Source: Candidatus Pacearchaeota archaeon
Lineage (GTDB): Archaea > Nanobdellota > Nanobdellia > Pacearchaeales > GW2011-AR1
Assembly (NCBI GenBank): GCA_038740375.1
Contig: JAVYLW010000005.1
Location: 6,085-70,084 of the forward strand
Length of the DNA: 64,000 bases
Direction of reading: 5' to 3'
Shown one piece after another: positions 25,591 to 35,845 of the stretch. The notes under the pieces are model-generated. The model did not search any database. It saw only the letters and a list, made by a program, of their open reading frames with translations, and had not been told where the DNA came from. The translations under genes and the position numbers were made by a program. The stretch's first letter is position 1, and every line of letters starts with the position of its first letter.

Positions 25591-27627
25591 ATGAAAAAAG
25601 AAAAAAAGAAGGTGAAAAAAGTTAAATTTAAATTATCTAAAAAAGAAAATTTTATTAATAAGTCTAAAAATAAAATTTCTAAAATAAAAGAAGTAAAGAC
25701 TAAACCTTCTGAAATATTAGATAAATTCGTTGATAAAAAAAGAAAAACTAATCTTTTGAAAATAGTCATAACCGTAGTTTTATTAATAATTCTTATATCT
25801 CTATTGATTTTTGTAATATCTCTATATCTTTTATCTTTAAAATTAAAGTCAGAGAATAAAAATAATTTAAAATTTTCAGAAGATATTAGTTCGGTTTTTG
25901 TTTCTAAAGATTTAAAATCAATGTATGTTCAATTAGTTGATAAAAATAGACCTGAAAATGAAACTTATGCAAAAGTTAAATTTTTATTAAGAGATTTAAA
26001 TGGAACCGAATATATAATTGAAACAAACAAATCTATAAATGAAATAATTTTAAGTTCAGTATCAGTTCCTTTAGACAAAAATATACTCTCAATATTAACT
26101 CAAAAGAAAAATTATAATTTTTATAATTATGAGATTTCAATAAATGACGTTAAAGGACTCAATAATTTTGTAGACATAACTTATGTAAGTATTATTCTTG
26201 AAAAATTAGATTCAATAGCAAGGAATAACACATCAAATATTAATAATACTAATAATATCTCAAAAAATCAAACAAGAACAACTACGCCTTCAACAAAGAC
26301 TACTGCTCCAGCAAGTCCTACATATCCAGCTACAACAGTAGGAAGTAATTGTACTAATACACCTTGGGAAAACAAAACTTTTAGATGTAATGGAGATATG
26401 AGAGAAGTAAGACAAACTAGAATTTTATGTGCATCAGGAAATACTGAAGAAAAATGGATAGAAATTCCATGTTCAGAAGGATATAGATGTTATGAAGGAC
26501 CTGGTTATCCTCAAGATAGATGTATAAATGCATCTCAAAATTGTTTTGATTCTGATTCAGGAATAAATTCAACAGTAAAAGGATTTGTAAAAATTTCAGA
26601 AATATTTTTCAACGATACTTGCATTTTAGAAACAAAAAACCTGACTGAATTTTATTGTTTTTATAATGGAACAAATTTAATAGCAAATAATGAAACTATT
26701 GTTTGTAATTTTGGTTGTTATGATGGTTCTTGTTTAATTTGCACAGATGCTGATTTAGACGGATATAGCATAGAGGGCGGAAATTGTGGTTTAGTTGATT
26801 GTAATGATCAGAATGCAAATATAAATCCTGGAGCTACAGAGATATGCGGAAATCAGATAGATGAAGATTGTAGTGGAAGCGATAGGAGCTGTGTTGATTT
26901 AGATTATGGTTTAGTTGCTCATTGGACTTTTGATAATAACTTAATAGAAAATGTAGCTTCTCAAGACAAACTAGGTAACTATAATGCTACATGTATAGGA
27001 GAATTTTGTCCTGTCTTTAAATCAGATCAAGGATTAAATAACTCAGGAACTTTTGAATATGATGGTGTAAATGACTTCTTTTTATTGTCTCCTTTAATTT
27101 TTAATAATCAATCTTATTCTATATCTATTTGGATAAAACCAAAATCTCCTCCGATAAATAATTTTGGAACTATTCTATATGCAGATGCAGGAGCTACAAA
27201 TAAACTAACGCTGTTATTATCTGAAGATACGTCTTTTCTTAAGATAACAGCAAATAATAATTATGGTCTTGATAAATCGATCTTAGATACAGGAGAAAAT
27301 TCAATAGCAGTTAATTTATGGAATCACATAGTTTTTAATTATGAATATAAAAACAAAAGTCAAAATGCAAGAATTTATTTAAATGGAATTGAGAAAGCTT
27401 ATGATTTAGATTTCTTGGAGAATCCTGCTCCTACAAGAGCTACAATTGGTGATAAGATAGAAGCATTAGCATATCAATTTAAAGGTCAGATTGATGAATT
27501 TAGAATATATAATAGAACTTTAACTCAAGATGAAATAACAACTCTTTATAATCATTATAAAAAAGAAGAATTTGCTTCATTAAGTTTAATTGATAGATTA
27601 ATAAGATGGATAAAAAGTTTATTTTAA
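25591..27627 (+). CDS. Membrane-anchored surface protein with Thr-rich linker, Cys repeats, MopE-like metal-binding motif and LamG domain
   Basis: CTDADLDGY...DCNDQNANINPGATEICGNQIDEDC, then GLVAHWTFD...SISIWIKP...WNHIV...FKGQIDEFRIYNRTLTQDEI. Confidence 0.85.
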   Translation: MKKEKKKVKKVKFKLSKKENFINKSKNKISKIKEVKTKPSEILDKFVDKKRKTNLLKIVITVVLLIILISLLIFVISLYLLSLKLKSENKNNLKFSEDISSVFVSKDLKSMYVQLVDKNRPENETYAKVKFLLRDLNGTEYIIETNKSINEIILSSVSVPLDKNILSILTQKKNYNFYNYEISINDVKGLNNFVDITYVSIILEKLDSIARNNTSNINNTNNISKNQTRTTTPSTKTTAPASPTYPATTVGSNCTNTPWENKTFRCNGDMREVRQTRILCASGNTEEKWIEIPCSEGYRCYEGPGYPQDRCINASQNCFDSDSGINSTVKGFVKISEIFFNDTCILETKNLTEFYCFYNGTNLIANNETIVCNFGCYDGSCLICTDADLDGYSIEGGNCGLVDCNDQNANINPGATEICGNQIDEDCSGSDRSCVDLDYGLVAHWTFDNNLIENVASQDKLGNYNATCIGEFCPVFKSDQGLNNSGTFEYDGVNDFFLLSPLIFNNQSYSISIWIKPKSPPINNFGTILYADAGATNKLTLLLSEDTSFLKITANNNYGLDKSILDTGENSIAVNLWNHIVFNYEYKNKSQNARIYLNGIEKAYDLDFLENPAPTRATIGDKIEALAYQFKGQIDEFRIYNRTLTQDEITTLYNHYKKEEFASLSLIDRLIRWIKSLF

Positions 27628-27640
27628 ATATTTTATGATT

Positions 27641-28828
27641 CTAATTTTTAACTATAACTTTATAGACTTCATCACCTTTTCTGCAAAAAGGAATTTTTAA
27701 TCCAACTTCTTCACCTTTTGAGACTACATCAACATTAACATGATTTATTTGCATAGAATCAACCTTATGTCTGATAACTCCGGTCGTTTTACCTATTATT
27801 AAAATTTCATCATTTATTTTAAGTTTTCCTGTATTTAATTTTAACACTCCTACGTTTATTTTATTATAATAATGTTTTATTTTTCCTAAAAATTGTTTTG
27901 ATTCTTTTCCTGAGCTATGCTCTGCTCTTGAAAAATCATCATTAGTAGGTATTCCTAAATAAAATCCAGAGGAATATCCTTTATTATATACTTTCTTTAA
28001 TTCATTCATTAATTCATTTATTTCATTATTAGAAAGTCTATTATCTAATGCTCTTCTATAAACTTTAACAACTGTGGCAACATACTCAGGTTCTTTACTT
28101 CTTCCTTCTATTTTAAAGGAAATTGCTCCAGATTTTTTTAATCTCTCAATAAAAGGTAATGTACATAAATCTTTTGCTGAAAATATGTAATTATTTTCTA
28201 CTTTTAAAGTGTTTCCTTCATTATCTTTAACTATATAATATCTTCTACATGGATGTAGACATCTTCCTCTATTAGCAGATTCTTTAAAAAGAAATTGACT
28301 TATGAGACATCTACCTGAAATAGAGACACACATAGCTCCATGAATAAACAACTCTACAGGTATTACTTTTGCAATTTTTGAAACTTGTGATAAATTAAGT
28401 TCTCTTGCAAGAACAATTCTTGATGCTCCAAGTTTTTTAAAAAATTTTGCAGTTTTAGTATTTGAAACAGAACATTGTGTTGAAACATGAAAGGGAATTT
28501 TATATTTTTTACAAATTAACATTACAGAAATGTCAGAACATATTATTGCATCAATGTATCTTTTTGCTTTTTTAATAATTTTTTCAATTTTTAAAAGTTC
28601 ATTGTCATATATTATTGTATTTAATGCTAAATATTTTTTAATTTTTTTTCTTTCACAAATTTCATAAATTTTTTTTAAATCATTAATCTTAAAATTTTTA
28701 GCTCTTTCTCTCATATTATATTTAGAAAGTCCAAAATAAATAGCATCAGCACCAGCATTTATAGCTGCAGCTAAACATTCAAAATCTCCTGCAGGAGCTA
28801 AAAGTTCAATTTTTTGTTTTTTAATCAT
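27641..28828 (-). CDS. Peptidase U32 family protein (TrhP/RlhA-like Fe-S hydroxylase)
   Basis: ELLAPAGD, LARELN, ELFIHGAMCVSISGRC, NRGRCLHPCR, SFKIEGR. Start likely ATG 28828. Confidence 0.9.
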   Translation of the reverse strand: MIKKQKIELLAPAGDFECLAAAINAGADAIYFGLSKYNMRERAKNFKINDLKKIYEICERKKIKKYLALNTIIYDNELLKIEKIIKKAKRYIDAIICSDISVMLICKKYKIPFHVSTQCSVSNTKTAKFFKKLGASRIVLARELNLSQVSKIAKVIPVELFIHGAMCVSISGRCLISQFLFKESANRGRCLHPCRRYYIVKDNEGNTLKVENNYIFSAKDLCTLPFIERLKKSGAISFKIEGRSKEPEYVATVVKVYRRALDNRLSNNEINELMNELKKVYNKGYSSGFYLGIPTNDDFSRAEHSSGKESKQFLGKIKHYYNKINVGVLKLNTGKLKINDEILIIGKTTGVIRHKVDSMQINHVNVDVVSKGEEVGLKIPFCRKGDEVYKVIVKN

Positions 28829-28912
28829 AATAAAAATTAAAATATAAGTGTTTATAAGATATTTGGTTATTATCAATAACTTTTTTAACTAAACATTTAT
28901 TTATAATAAAAT

Positions 28913-29794
28913 ATGAAACTACGAAAAAAACTAGGATTTAAAGGAACTAATATAGAACCTTATTGGAATTTAATAAAAAGAATAATTCACGAATCAGATA
29001 TAGTTCTCGAAATATTAGATGCGAGATTAATTGATTTATCAAGAAACGAAGAAGTTGAAAAGATTATACAGGAAAAAAAAAGACCCTTTATTTTTGTTGT
29101 AAATAAGTTTGATCTTGTAAATAAAAAAGATGTAATTGAGAAAATAAATGAATTAAAAAAAGTTGCTCCGGTTATTTATGTATCAAAAAACAATAGAAAA
29201 TCTATACATATACTTTTGCATACTATTAAAAAAATATTTAAAAAATATGGAAAAAGATATCCCGCTGTTAAGGAAAAAGAAGAATCTAAAAAAAGGTTTA
29301 GGGAGGCAAAAGCTGATATAGTTGTAGGAGTGTTAGGCTATCCTAATGTTGGAAAATCTTCTATTATAAATTCATTATGTCATAAGAGAAAAGTAACTGT
29401 TTCAAAAAAAGCAGGAACAACTCACGGCATACATTGGATAAGACTTGATGATAAGATTAAGTTAATCGATAGCCCAGGAGTAATTCCTCTAAAAAAAGAA
29501 GATGAAATAAGATATGGACTAATAGGAGCTAAAGATATTGAAACATTAAAAAATCCAGATTTAGTAGCAGATGCTATAATAAAATATGCAATTCAAAAAA
29601 ATAAAAAATCCTTTGAAAAATTTTACAAAATAAAAATAGATGATTTTATGAAATGTGATATTATTGATACTCGTGAATTAATATTAAAAATAGCAAAAAA
29701 TAGGAATTTTTTATTAAAAGGTGCAATACCTGATGAAAATAGAGCTATTTCCTTAATTATAAGAGATTGGCAACAAGGAAGATTAAGATTGTAG
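28913..29794 (+). CDS. Circularly permuted ribosome-biogenesis GTPase (RbgA/YlqF/Nog2-like)
   Basis: Order DAR, NKFD (G4), GYPNVGKSS (G1), GTT, DSPG (G3). Confidence 0.92.
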   Translation: MKLRKKLGFKGTNIEPYWNLIKRIIHESDIVLEILDARLIDLSRNEEVEKIIQEKKRPFIFVVNKFDLVNKKDVIEKINELKKVAPVIYVSKNNRKSIHILLHTIKKIFKKYGKRYPAVKEKEESKKRFREAKADIVVGVLGYPNVGKSSIINSLCHKRKVTVSKKAGTTHGIHWIRLDDKIKLIDSPGVIPLKKEDEIRYGLIGAKDIETLKNPDLVADAIIKYAIQKNKKSFEKFYKIKIDDFMKCDIIDTRELILKIAKNRNFLLKGAIPDENRAISLIIRDWQQGRLRL

Positions 29795-29816
29795 ATTTTT
29801 TTAATAAGAATGTTTA

Positions 29817-30236
29817 TCAATTTGATTTATCTTCAATAATAGTAACCACAATTTCTCTTTCTCTAATTTCATAATCAAAGTCAATTAGAACAATACTCTG
29901 CCACGTTCCAAGAATAAGTTTGCTATTTTTAAAAGGTAATGTAATACTTTCTCTAATTAAAGTAGCTTTTATATGCGCATCACCATTATTATCATTATTT
30001 AATCTGTTATGGTAATAAGAAAAATCTTTTGGAACAATATTATTTAAAATATCTTTTAAATCTCTGATTAAACCTTTTTCATATTCCATAACAGAAATTC
30101 CTGCAGTAGTATGTTTTACAAAAATATTAACAATTCCGTTTTTTATTTTAGATTCTATTATAATCTTTTCAATATTTTTAGTAATATTTATTATATCAAA
30201 ATTTCCTTTTGTTAAAACATTAAATGTTTTTTGCAT
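29817..30236 (-). CDS. YjbQ/UPF0047 family protein
   Basis: HTTAG, NGDAHIKATL, LGTWQSIVLIDFD. Confidence 0.92.
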   Translation of the reverse strand: MQKTFNVLTKGNFDIINITKNIEKIIIESKIKNGIVNIFVKHTTAGISVMEYEKGLIRDLKDILNNIVPKDFSYYHNRLNNDNNGDAHIKATLIRESITLPFKNSKLILGTWQSIVLIDFDYEIREREIVVTIIEDKSN

Positions 30237-30452
30237 ATTATAACATAAAAAAACGTATTTATAGCATTTTCTATAATAAGTTAGAGATTATTAGCATAAA
30301 AAACTATAAATTATAATTTTAAAAATTAGGAGTATTAAAAGGATAAATTTTTATATAACTTAACTTATCTATAAAACTGTTCACAAGATATGCAAATTAG
30401 TTTTATTTCATAAATTTTAAATAAAGCATATTTCATTAAAAAATAGAAAAAA

Positions 30453-31379
30453 ATGCAATCTAAAACTAAACATATCTATTTAGAAAAAAACTATAATAAA
30501 CTTTTCATTATTTTATTCATTATTATTTTAATTGTTGTATTATTTCAAACAGGATATATAATATTTTTAGGATCAAAAATATCTGCTATTGATAAAACAG
30601 TAAACATATCTAATTTAGAAAGTTCATATAGAAGTAATATAAATAGAGATATTGAATTGCAAAATCAAATTTTAGAATTATCAAATCAGTTATCAAAAAT
30701 CGAAAATAGTATAATCAAAACACAACAAGATTTAAATCAAACCCAAAAAAATTTAATACAACAAATCAGTTTAATACAATCACAAATAAGTCAGGATTTC
30801 TCTTCAATTATTCAAAACTCTTTAAAATCAGTTGTTTCAATTAAAACTGATGTTTCACAAGGTTCAGGTTTTTTTGTTTCATCAGAAGGTTATATAATAA
30901 CAAATGCTCATGTTTTATATGGAGCAAGATTTGCATATGCTTATATGTACGATGGAACATTAAAGGAAATGAGCCTGATAGGTTATGATAGAAATCTTGA
31001 TATAGCTTTATTAAAAATAGAAGGTGATAATTACCCTTATCTCTCTTTTGAAAATTCAGATAATGTTCAAATCGGACAAAAAGTAATAGCAATTGGAAAT
31101 CCGTTAGGTCTTTCATTTTCAGTTACAGAAGGAATAATTTCTGCAAAAAATAGAATTGGTAGAAATAATCTTCCAGCATATCTCCAAACAGATGCATCTT
31201 TAAATCCTGGAAATTCTGGAGGTCCTTTATTAAATATAAATGGAAAAGTTATAGGAATTAATAATTATAAAGCAAATGCAGAAAATATAGGATTTGCTTT
31301 AGAAAGTAAATATATAGTTTCAGGAATAAATAATATTACAACACAAAAAATTAATCGAACTCTTTTAAGTTTTGATTAA
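30453..31379 (+). CDS. Membrane-anchored HtrA-like trypsin serine protease with coiled-coil stalk, no PDZ
   Basis: GSGF, TNAHV, DIALLK, AIGNPLG, NPGNSGGPL. The N-terminus has a TM and a Gln-rich coiled coil. Confidence 0.9.
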   Translation: MQSKTKHIYLEKNYNKLFIILFIIILIVVLFQTGYIIFLGSKISAIDKTVNISNLESSYRSNINRDIELQNQILELSNQLSKIENSIIKTQQDLNQTQKNLIQQISLIQSQISQDFSSIIQNSLKSVVSIKTDVSQGSGFFVSSEGYIITNAHVLYGARFAYAYMYDGTLKEMSLIGYDRNLDIALLKIEGDNYPYLSFENSDNVQIGQKVIAIGNPLGLSFSVTEGIISAKNRIGRNNLPAYLQTDASLNPGNSGGPLLNINGKVIGINNYKANAENIGFALESKYIVSGINNITTQKINRTLLSFD

Positions 31380-31409
31380 TTTTATAAGTTACAAATTACT
31401 TTGGAATAA

Positions 31410-32846
31410 ATGGAAAAAAAAAGAGATTTGTCAAAAAATAAAAAAACAAATAATTTGTTGTTATTATCTTTATTAATCTCTTCTATTTTTTTTATAATTA
31501 TTATATTATTTTTTATTTTAAGTTCTTCAAATATTAAAAAAAATGATAAAAATGATTTTTTTGGAAGTTTACCTAGTTTAATTGGAAAACCTTCGAATAT
31601 TTATGATAGCAAAAGTGGAATTGGAAAATTCTGCAACGAATTTGAAGACAATTGTGCAGGTTGCTTAAAATGTGATCCTATTTTAAAAAAATGTGTAGAA
31701 ATGAATGAAGAGATAGATCCTGATTTCTGTAAGGAGGGTTTGTACGAAGGTACTTTAGCTTTAGGAAAGGATTGTATGTGTATATCAGGAGTATGTGGTT
31801 GTAGAGAATGCATCCCTAATTGTTCAAATAAAGAATGCGGTCCTGATGGATGTGGAGGTTCATGTGGAGAATGTTCTGAAGGATTAGTTTGTAATAATGA
31901 AGGAAAATGTGAAATTAATTATAATAATCATTTAGAAAAGAATAATCTTGAAAAAAAAGAGGATATAAATTTATTAAAAATATCTAATTGCAAAAAATGT
32001 CCTGAAAATAGTTCTTATATAAGTCCAAATGGAACAGAAATTTCTAGATGTTGTTTAGAACAAGAGATATGTTTTTTTCCTAACAAAAATTTTCCTCCTT
32101 TTTGTTTTGCTGATAAATCAAAATACAGAAATAACTGGGATTATTGCACGGGTTCAGGAATTTATGAAATTTTTTCAAAATGGTGCCATGTTAAATTTAC
32201 TTATTGTTCTAAAGATAAAAAGTTAAGGCCAAAATGTTTATTAAAACCAGAAATTATTGTAGGAAATCCTTCATATAGCTATCCAAATTCTATTTATATG
32301 ATTAGAAGTAAAAACTTTTTTACATTAAATGGAAATGCCTATGTAATTAAATCAAATTTAAAATTAAATAAGCCTTTGAAAGTAACTTTTGATTACTCTG
32401 ATTATAATAAGGATAATGTTATTTTTAAATATCCTATTGAAAAGGAAGTTTTAAGTTTATGTAGTTACACGATTAAAAATAGCTTAAAAAAACAATTTGA
32501 TACAAAGGGCGGAAATTTAAAACTTAATGATATTTTAATAGAAGTTCAAAAAGATGTTATTAAAAATAATTCAAATTTCGATTTAATAATTGAAGAATAT
32601 GAACTAAGCAATTGTTTAATTGATAATATAGATGATAATTTATATGAGATTATAGACCTCAAAGGAGGTATAGAATCATTATTATCAGATTATGAAATAA
32701 ACTATAAAATTCCAACAAAAAATAAAAGCTATTTTTTAGTAATAATCTCTACAATTTTTATAATTTTTGTAATATTATTATTTTTATTAATGAAGTTTTA
32801 TAGAAAATTTAAAAAGCAAAGATTTAAATATTATAATTATTCTTAA
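31410..32846 (+). CDS. Cys-rich surface protein with two TM anchors (paralog of 18652..21237)
   Basis: CIPNCSNKECGPDGCGGSCGEC repeat, and a C-terminal domain aligning with the 18652 protein (KWC, SIY.IR, YVI, F.YS.YN, GG, EY.LSNC). Confidence 0.8.
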   Translation: MEKKRDLSKNKKTNNLLLLSLLISSIFFIIIILFFILSSSNIKKNDKNDFFGSLPSLIGKPSNIYDSKSGIGKFCNEFEDNCAGCLKCDPILKKCVEMNEEIDPDFCKEGLYEGTLALGKDCMCISGVCGCRECIPNCSNKECGPDGCGGSCGECSEGLVCNNEGKCEINYNNHLEKNNLEKKEDINLLKISNCKKCPENSSYISPNGTEISRCCLEQEICFFPNKNFPPFCFADKSKYRNNWDYCTGSGIYEIFSKWCHVKFTYCSKDKKLRPKCLLKPEIIVGNPSYSYPNSIYMIRSKNFFTLNGNAYVIKSNLKLNKPLKVTFDYSDYNKDNVIFKYPIEKEVLSLCSYTIKNSLKKQFDTKGGNLKLNDILIEVQKDVIKNNSNFDLIIEEYELSNCLIDNIDDNLYEIIDLKGGIESLLSDYEINYKIPTKNKSYFLVIISTIFIIFVILLFLLMKFYRKFKKQRFKYYNYS

Positions 32847-32869
32847 AAATTGAAAAAATGAGGTATAAA

Positions 32870-32938
32870 ATGTCTGAAGATGATTTAGAAATAGAAGACC
32901 TTGACCTCGATGAAGATGAGTTAATCGAGGAAGAATAA
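32870..32938 (+). CDS. Unannotated 22-aa hyperacidic micropeptide
   Basis: GAGGT upstream. Translation is MSEDDLEIEDLDLDEDELIEEE*, followed by T-tracts. Confidence 0.5.
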   Translation: MSEDDLEIEDLDLDEDELIEEE

Positions 32939-33180
32939 CTTTTTTATTTTCTTTTTTATTTTTCAATTTTAATCTTATAAAAAGTTAATTTTTTTCTTTA
33001 ATTTTTCAATTTTATTTCATTATTAAACATCAAATATTTTTTAAAAGAATTTTCATAATGTCTATTGCAGTATAAATAATTAATTTATACCTCTTTTTCT
33101 GATAGAGATTTAACCTTTTTATTTTAATAAATCTCTATATTCATGCAGAAATATTTCATGCATAAATGTAATTTTGTTTC

Positions 33181-33600
33181 TAAGAAATATTTACTGACTT
33201 TAAGCAGTAGCGTAATTTAATTTATTTCTATTTAGTTTAATTAGTTTAATGAATTAATGAGATTGATTTTAGTTCATTTAAATTCAATATATAGTTAAAC
33301 TTTTTTATAATTAAAATTTTACTTTTGTTTAGTGAAAGTTCTGTAAAAAATAATCATTCAGCGGACCATAAATTTGGCATTTAGGATTGTCCGCAAAAAT
33401 AGATACGAGATTTTTATAGAAGAAAAATATTCTAAATTGATTGAATCATGTATAAAAAGAGTAGCTCCTCTTCATAGCATAAATATTACAGAAATTTCTG
33501 TTACGCCAGAGAACATTATATACTGTTTTAGGATATCTATGATTTATTTCCTACACAAAAATTGAATATGTTAAATGGATTTTTTGCAAGACTTTTCTTT
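33181..33600 (+). pseudogene. tnpA: Degraded IS200-type element: end hairpin plus frameshifted tnpA (Y1 HUH transposase)
   Basis: Fragments across frames read NHS, WHL, K.RYEIF.EEKYSKLIESCIKRVAPLHSINITEISVTPE and NMLNGFFARLF, following the TnpA pattern with the HUH motif eroded. AAGAAAT..TACTG-ACTTTAAG-CAGTA hairpin at 33181-33209. Confidence 0.65.
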
Positions 33601-33637
33601 TTATATAATAAAAAAAGCAATATTAAGTATAGAATTT

Positions 33638-34924
33638 TTAAATTTTTTTTGCAACTAAATCTAAACAAACACCTGCCGCTACTGTTGCTCCAGCATCTCT
33701 TACTGCGAATCTAGCCATATGAGGGTTTACTTTTGATGTTTCAAGAACTAAATTACCTATTGGTTTTATTCTAACTACTGCAACATCACCATTTTTCAAA
33801 AAATCAACCTTGCCTTCTATTTTTTGTCCGCTTGTAGGATCTATTTTATACATTATTTCTTCAAATCTGCATGGAACTTGTGCTGTGTGAACATGAAATA
33901 CAGGCGTATAACCTTTTGCAATTACAGTAGGATGATTAATAACAGCAATTTGAGCAGTAAACTCTTCAGCAATTGTTGCAGGATTAGCTGCATCACAAAT
34001 TACATCTCCTCTTGCAACATCTTTTTTTCCAACTCCTCTAATATTTACTCCAACGTTAAATCCACAAGGAGCTTCTTTATATTGTTCATGATGCATTTCA
34101 ATTGTTTTTACTTCTCCATCTATTCCTCTTCCAGATCTTGCAGGCAATATTTTAACTTTTTGCCCAACTTTTAATATTCCTGTTTCAATTTTTCCAACAG
34201 GAACAGTTCCAATTCCAGTAATTTCATAAACATCTTGTATTGGCATTCTTACAGGTAAATGAGTTGGTTTTTTAGGTTCTTCAAACAAATCAAGTTGTTC
34301 AAAAATAGTAGGTCCTTTATACCACGGCATATTTGTTGATTTATTATAAATATTATCTCCTTTTAATCCTGAAACAGCTAAAAATACAGTTTTAGTAGGA
34401 TCAATACCAACAATTTTTAATAAATTAGAAACCTCTTCTTTGACTTTTTTAAAAGCTTCTTCTTTATAATCAACAGTGTCCATTTTATTTATTGAAATAG
34501 CAATCTGCTGAACACCCATAGTTCTTAATAACCATAAATGTTCTTTTGTTTGTGGCTGGACTCCATCTTTAGCAGAAATTGTTAAAAAAGCTGCATCAGC
34601 TTGAGAAGCACCAGTTATCATATTTTTTACAAAATCTTTATGACCAGGAGCATCAATTATTGTAATCTGTCTTTTTGGTGTGACTATTTTTTGATAAGCA
34701 AGATCTATTGTAACTCCTCTTTCTCTTTCTTCTTTAATTCTGTCCATTACAAAAGCAAATTCAAATCCAACTTTACCTATTTTTTTTGCTTCATCTTGAA
34801 GTTTTTTAAGTTCTTGTTCAGGTAAAATTCCAGCATCATACATAAGTCTACCTATACATGTAGATTTTCCATGGTCTACATGACCTACAAAAACAACATT
34901 CATTGTTGGTTTTTCTGTTGCCAT
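33638..34924 (-). CDS. tuf: Translation elongation factor EF-1alpha
   Basis: [37 protein letters not shown]. Confidence 0.97.
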   Translation of the reverse strand: MATEKPTMNVVFVGHVDHGKSTCIGRLMYDAGILPEQELKKLQDEAKKIGKVGFEFAFVMDRIKEERERGVTIDLAYQKIVTPKRQITIIDAPGHKDFVKNMITGASQADAAFLTISAKDGVQPQTKEHLWLLRTMGVQQIAISINKMDTVDYKEEAFKKVKEEVSNLLKIVGIDPTKTVFLAVSGLKGDNIYNKSTNMPWYKGPTIFEQLDLFEEPKKPTHLPVRMPIQDVYEITGIGTVPVGKIETGILKVGQKVKILPARSGRGIDGEVKTIEMHHEQYKEAPCGFNVGVNIRGVGKKDVARGDVICDAANPATIAEEFTAQIAVINHPTVIAKGYTPVFHVHTAQVPCRFEEIMYKIDPTSGQKIEGKVDFLKNGDVAVVRIKPIGNLVLETSKVNPHMARFAVRDAGATVAAGVCLDLVAKKI

Positions 34925-35000
34925 TTTAAATATAATATAATTATCGTTGTTATATGATAAAAATCAGGGTTTATAAAGGTTTTGTTTTTATTATATTTAT

Positions 35001-35840
35001 ATGGATGAAAATATTATAATAGAAAACATATTAAAAAAAGTAAAAGAAGGAAAAAAATACAAAGATATCTCAGATGATATAATATTAAAAGAGATTAAAA
35101 TTTATCTAAATAAAAATCCAAAAATTTTAAAACAAAAAAAGTTCAAGAAAAAAAATATTCAGGAAATAAGAAGAGTTTTACATAGGATATCAGCAAGTTA
35201 TCAAACAAAAAATAAATCAAAACAATATCTTTATTTAGAATTATTAAAAAAAAATAGAAATAATAAAAAAATAATAAAAAAAATCCTTGAGAGTCAAAAA
35301 TCTACCCAAGAGAGAATCAAATTCTACAAAGATATTTACACAAAATTATTCTCTATAACAGGAATTCCTAGTTCAATTATAGATTTAGGTTGTGGAATGA
35401 ATCCAGTTTCTTATCCATTTATGAAATTGAAAAAATTAATTTATTATGCTTATGATATTGATGAATCAATAGTAAGTTTTTTAAATAAATTTTTTGAAAT
35501 TGAAAGAACTGAAGGTCTCATTGGAAAATCAGAAATTCTAGACATAAGAGATTTAAATAAAATAAAATCTCTTCCAAATTCAGATTTAATATTTTTATTT
35601 AAATTGATTGATTTAATAGATACAAAAAAAAGAAAAATAAGTGAGCCTTTAATAAAAATCTTAATAAATAAATCAAAATTTGTAATAGCAAGTTTTGCAA
35701 CAAAAACTTTAACAGGCAAGAATATGAACTTACCAAAAAGAAGGGGTTTTGAACTTATGCTTCAAAGAAATCATTTAAATTTTAATATAATACAATTTGA
35801 AAATGAAATTTTTTATATAATTTTTAAATCAGATAAATAA
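35001..35840 (+). CDS. FmrO/ArmA-like (16S rRNA m7G1405-type) SAM methyltransferase
   Basis: QKSTQERI, IIDLGCGMNP, YYAYDID, FLFKLIDLID and ASFATKTLTGK parallel the HxSTxER, DxxCGxNP and SFPTKSLGG motifs. Confidence 0.75.
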   Translation: MDENIIIENILKKVKEGKKYKDISDDIILKEIKIYLNKNPKILKQKKFKKKNIQEIRRVLHRISASYQTKNKSKQYLYLELLKKNRNNKKIIKKILESQKSTQERIKFYKDIYTKLFSITGIPSSIIDLGCGMNPVSYPFMKLKKLIYYAYDIDESIVSFLNKFFEIERTEGLIGKSEILDIRDLNKIKSLPNSDLIFLFKLIDLIDTKKRKISEPLIKILINKSKFVIASFATKTLTGKNMNLPKRRGFELMLQRNHLNFNIIQFENEIFYIIFKSDK

Positions 35841-35845
35841 TATAT

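Noticed and set aside
33374-33565. Intact 63-aa protein
   Set aside because: It has a TTG start and is better explained as one frame of the frameshifted tnpA remnant.
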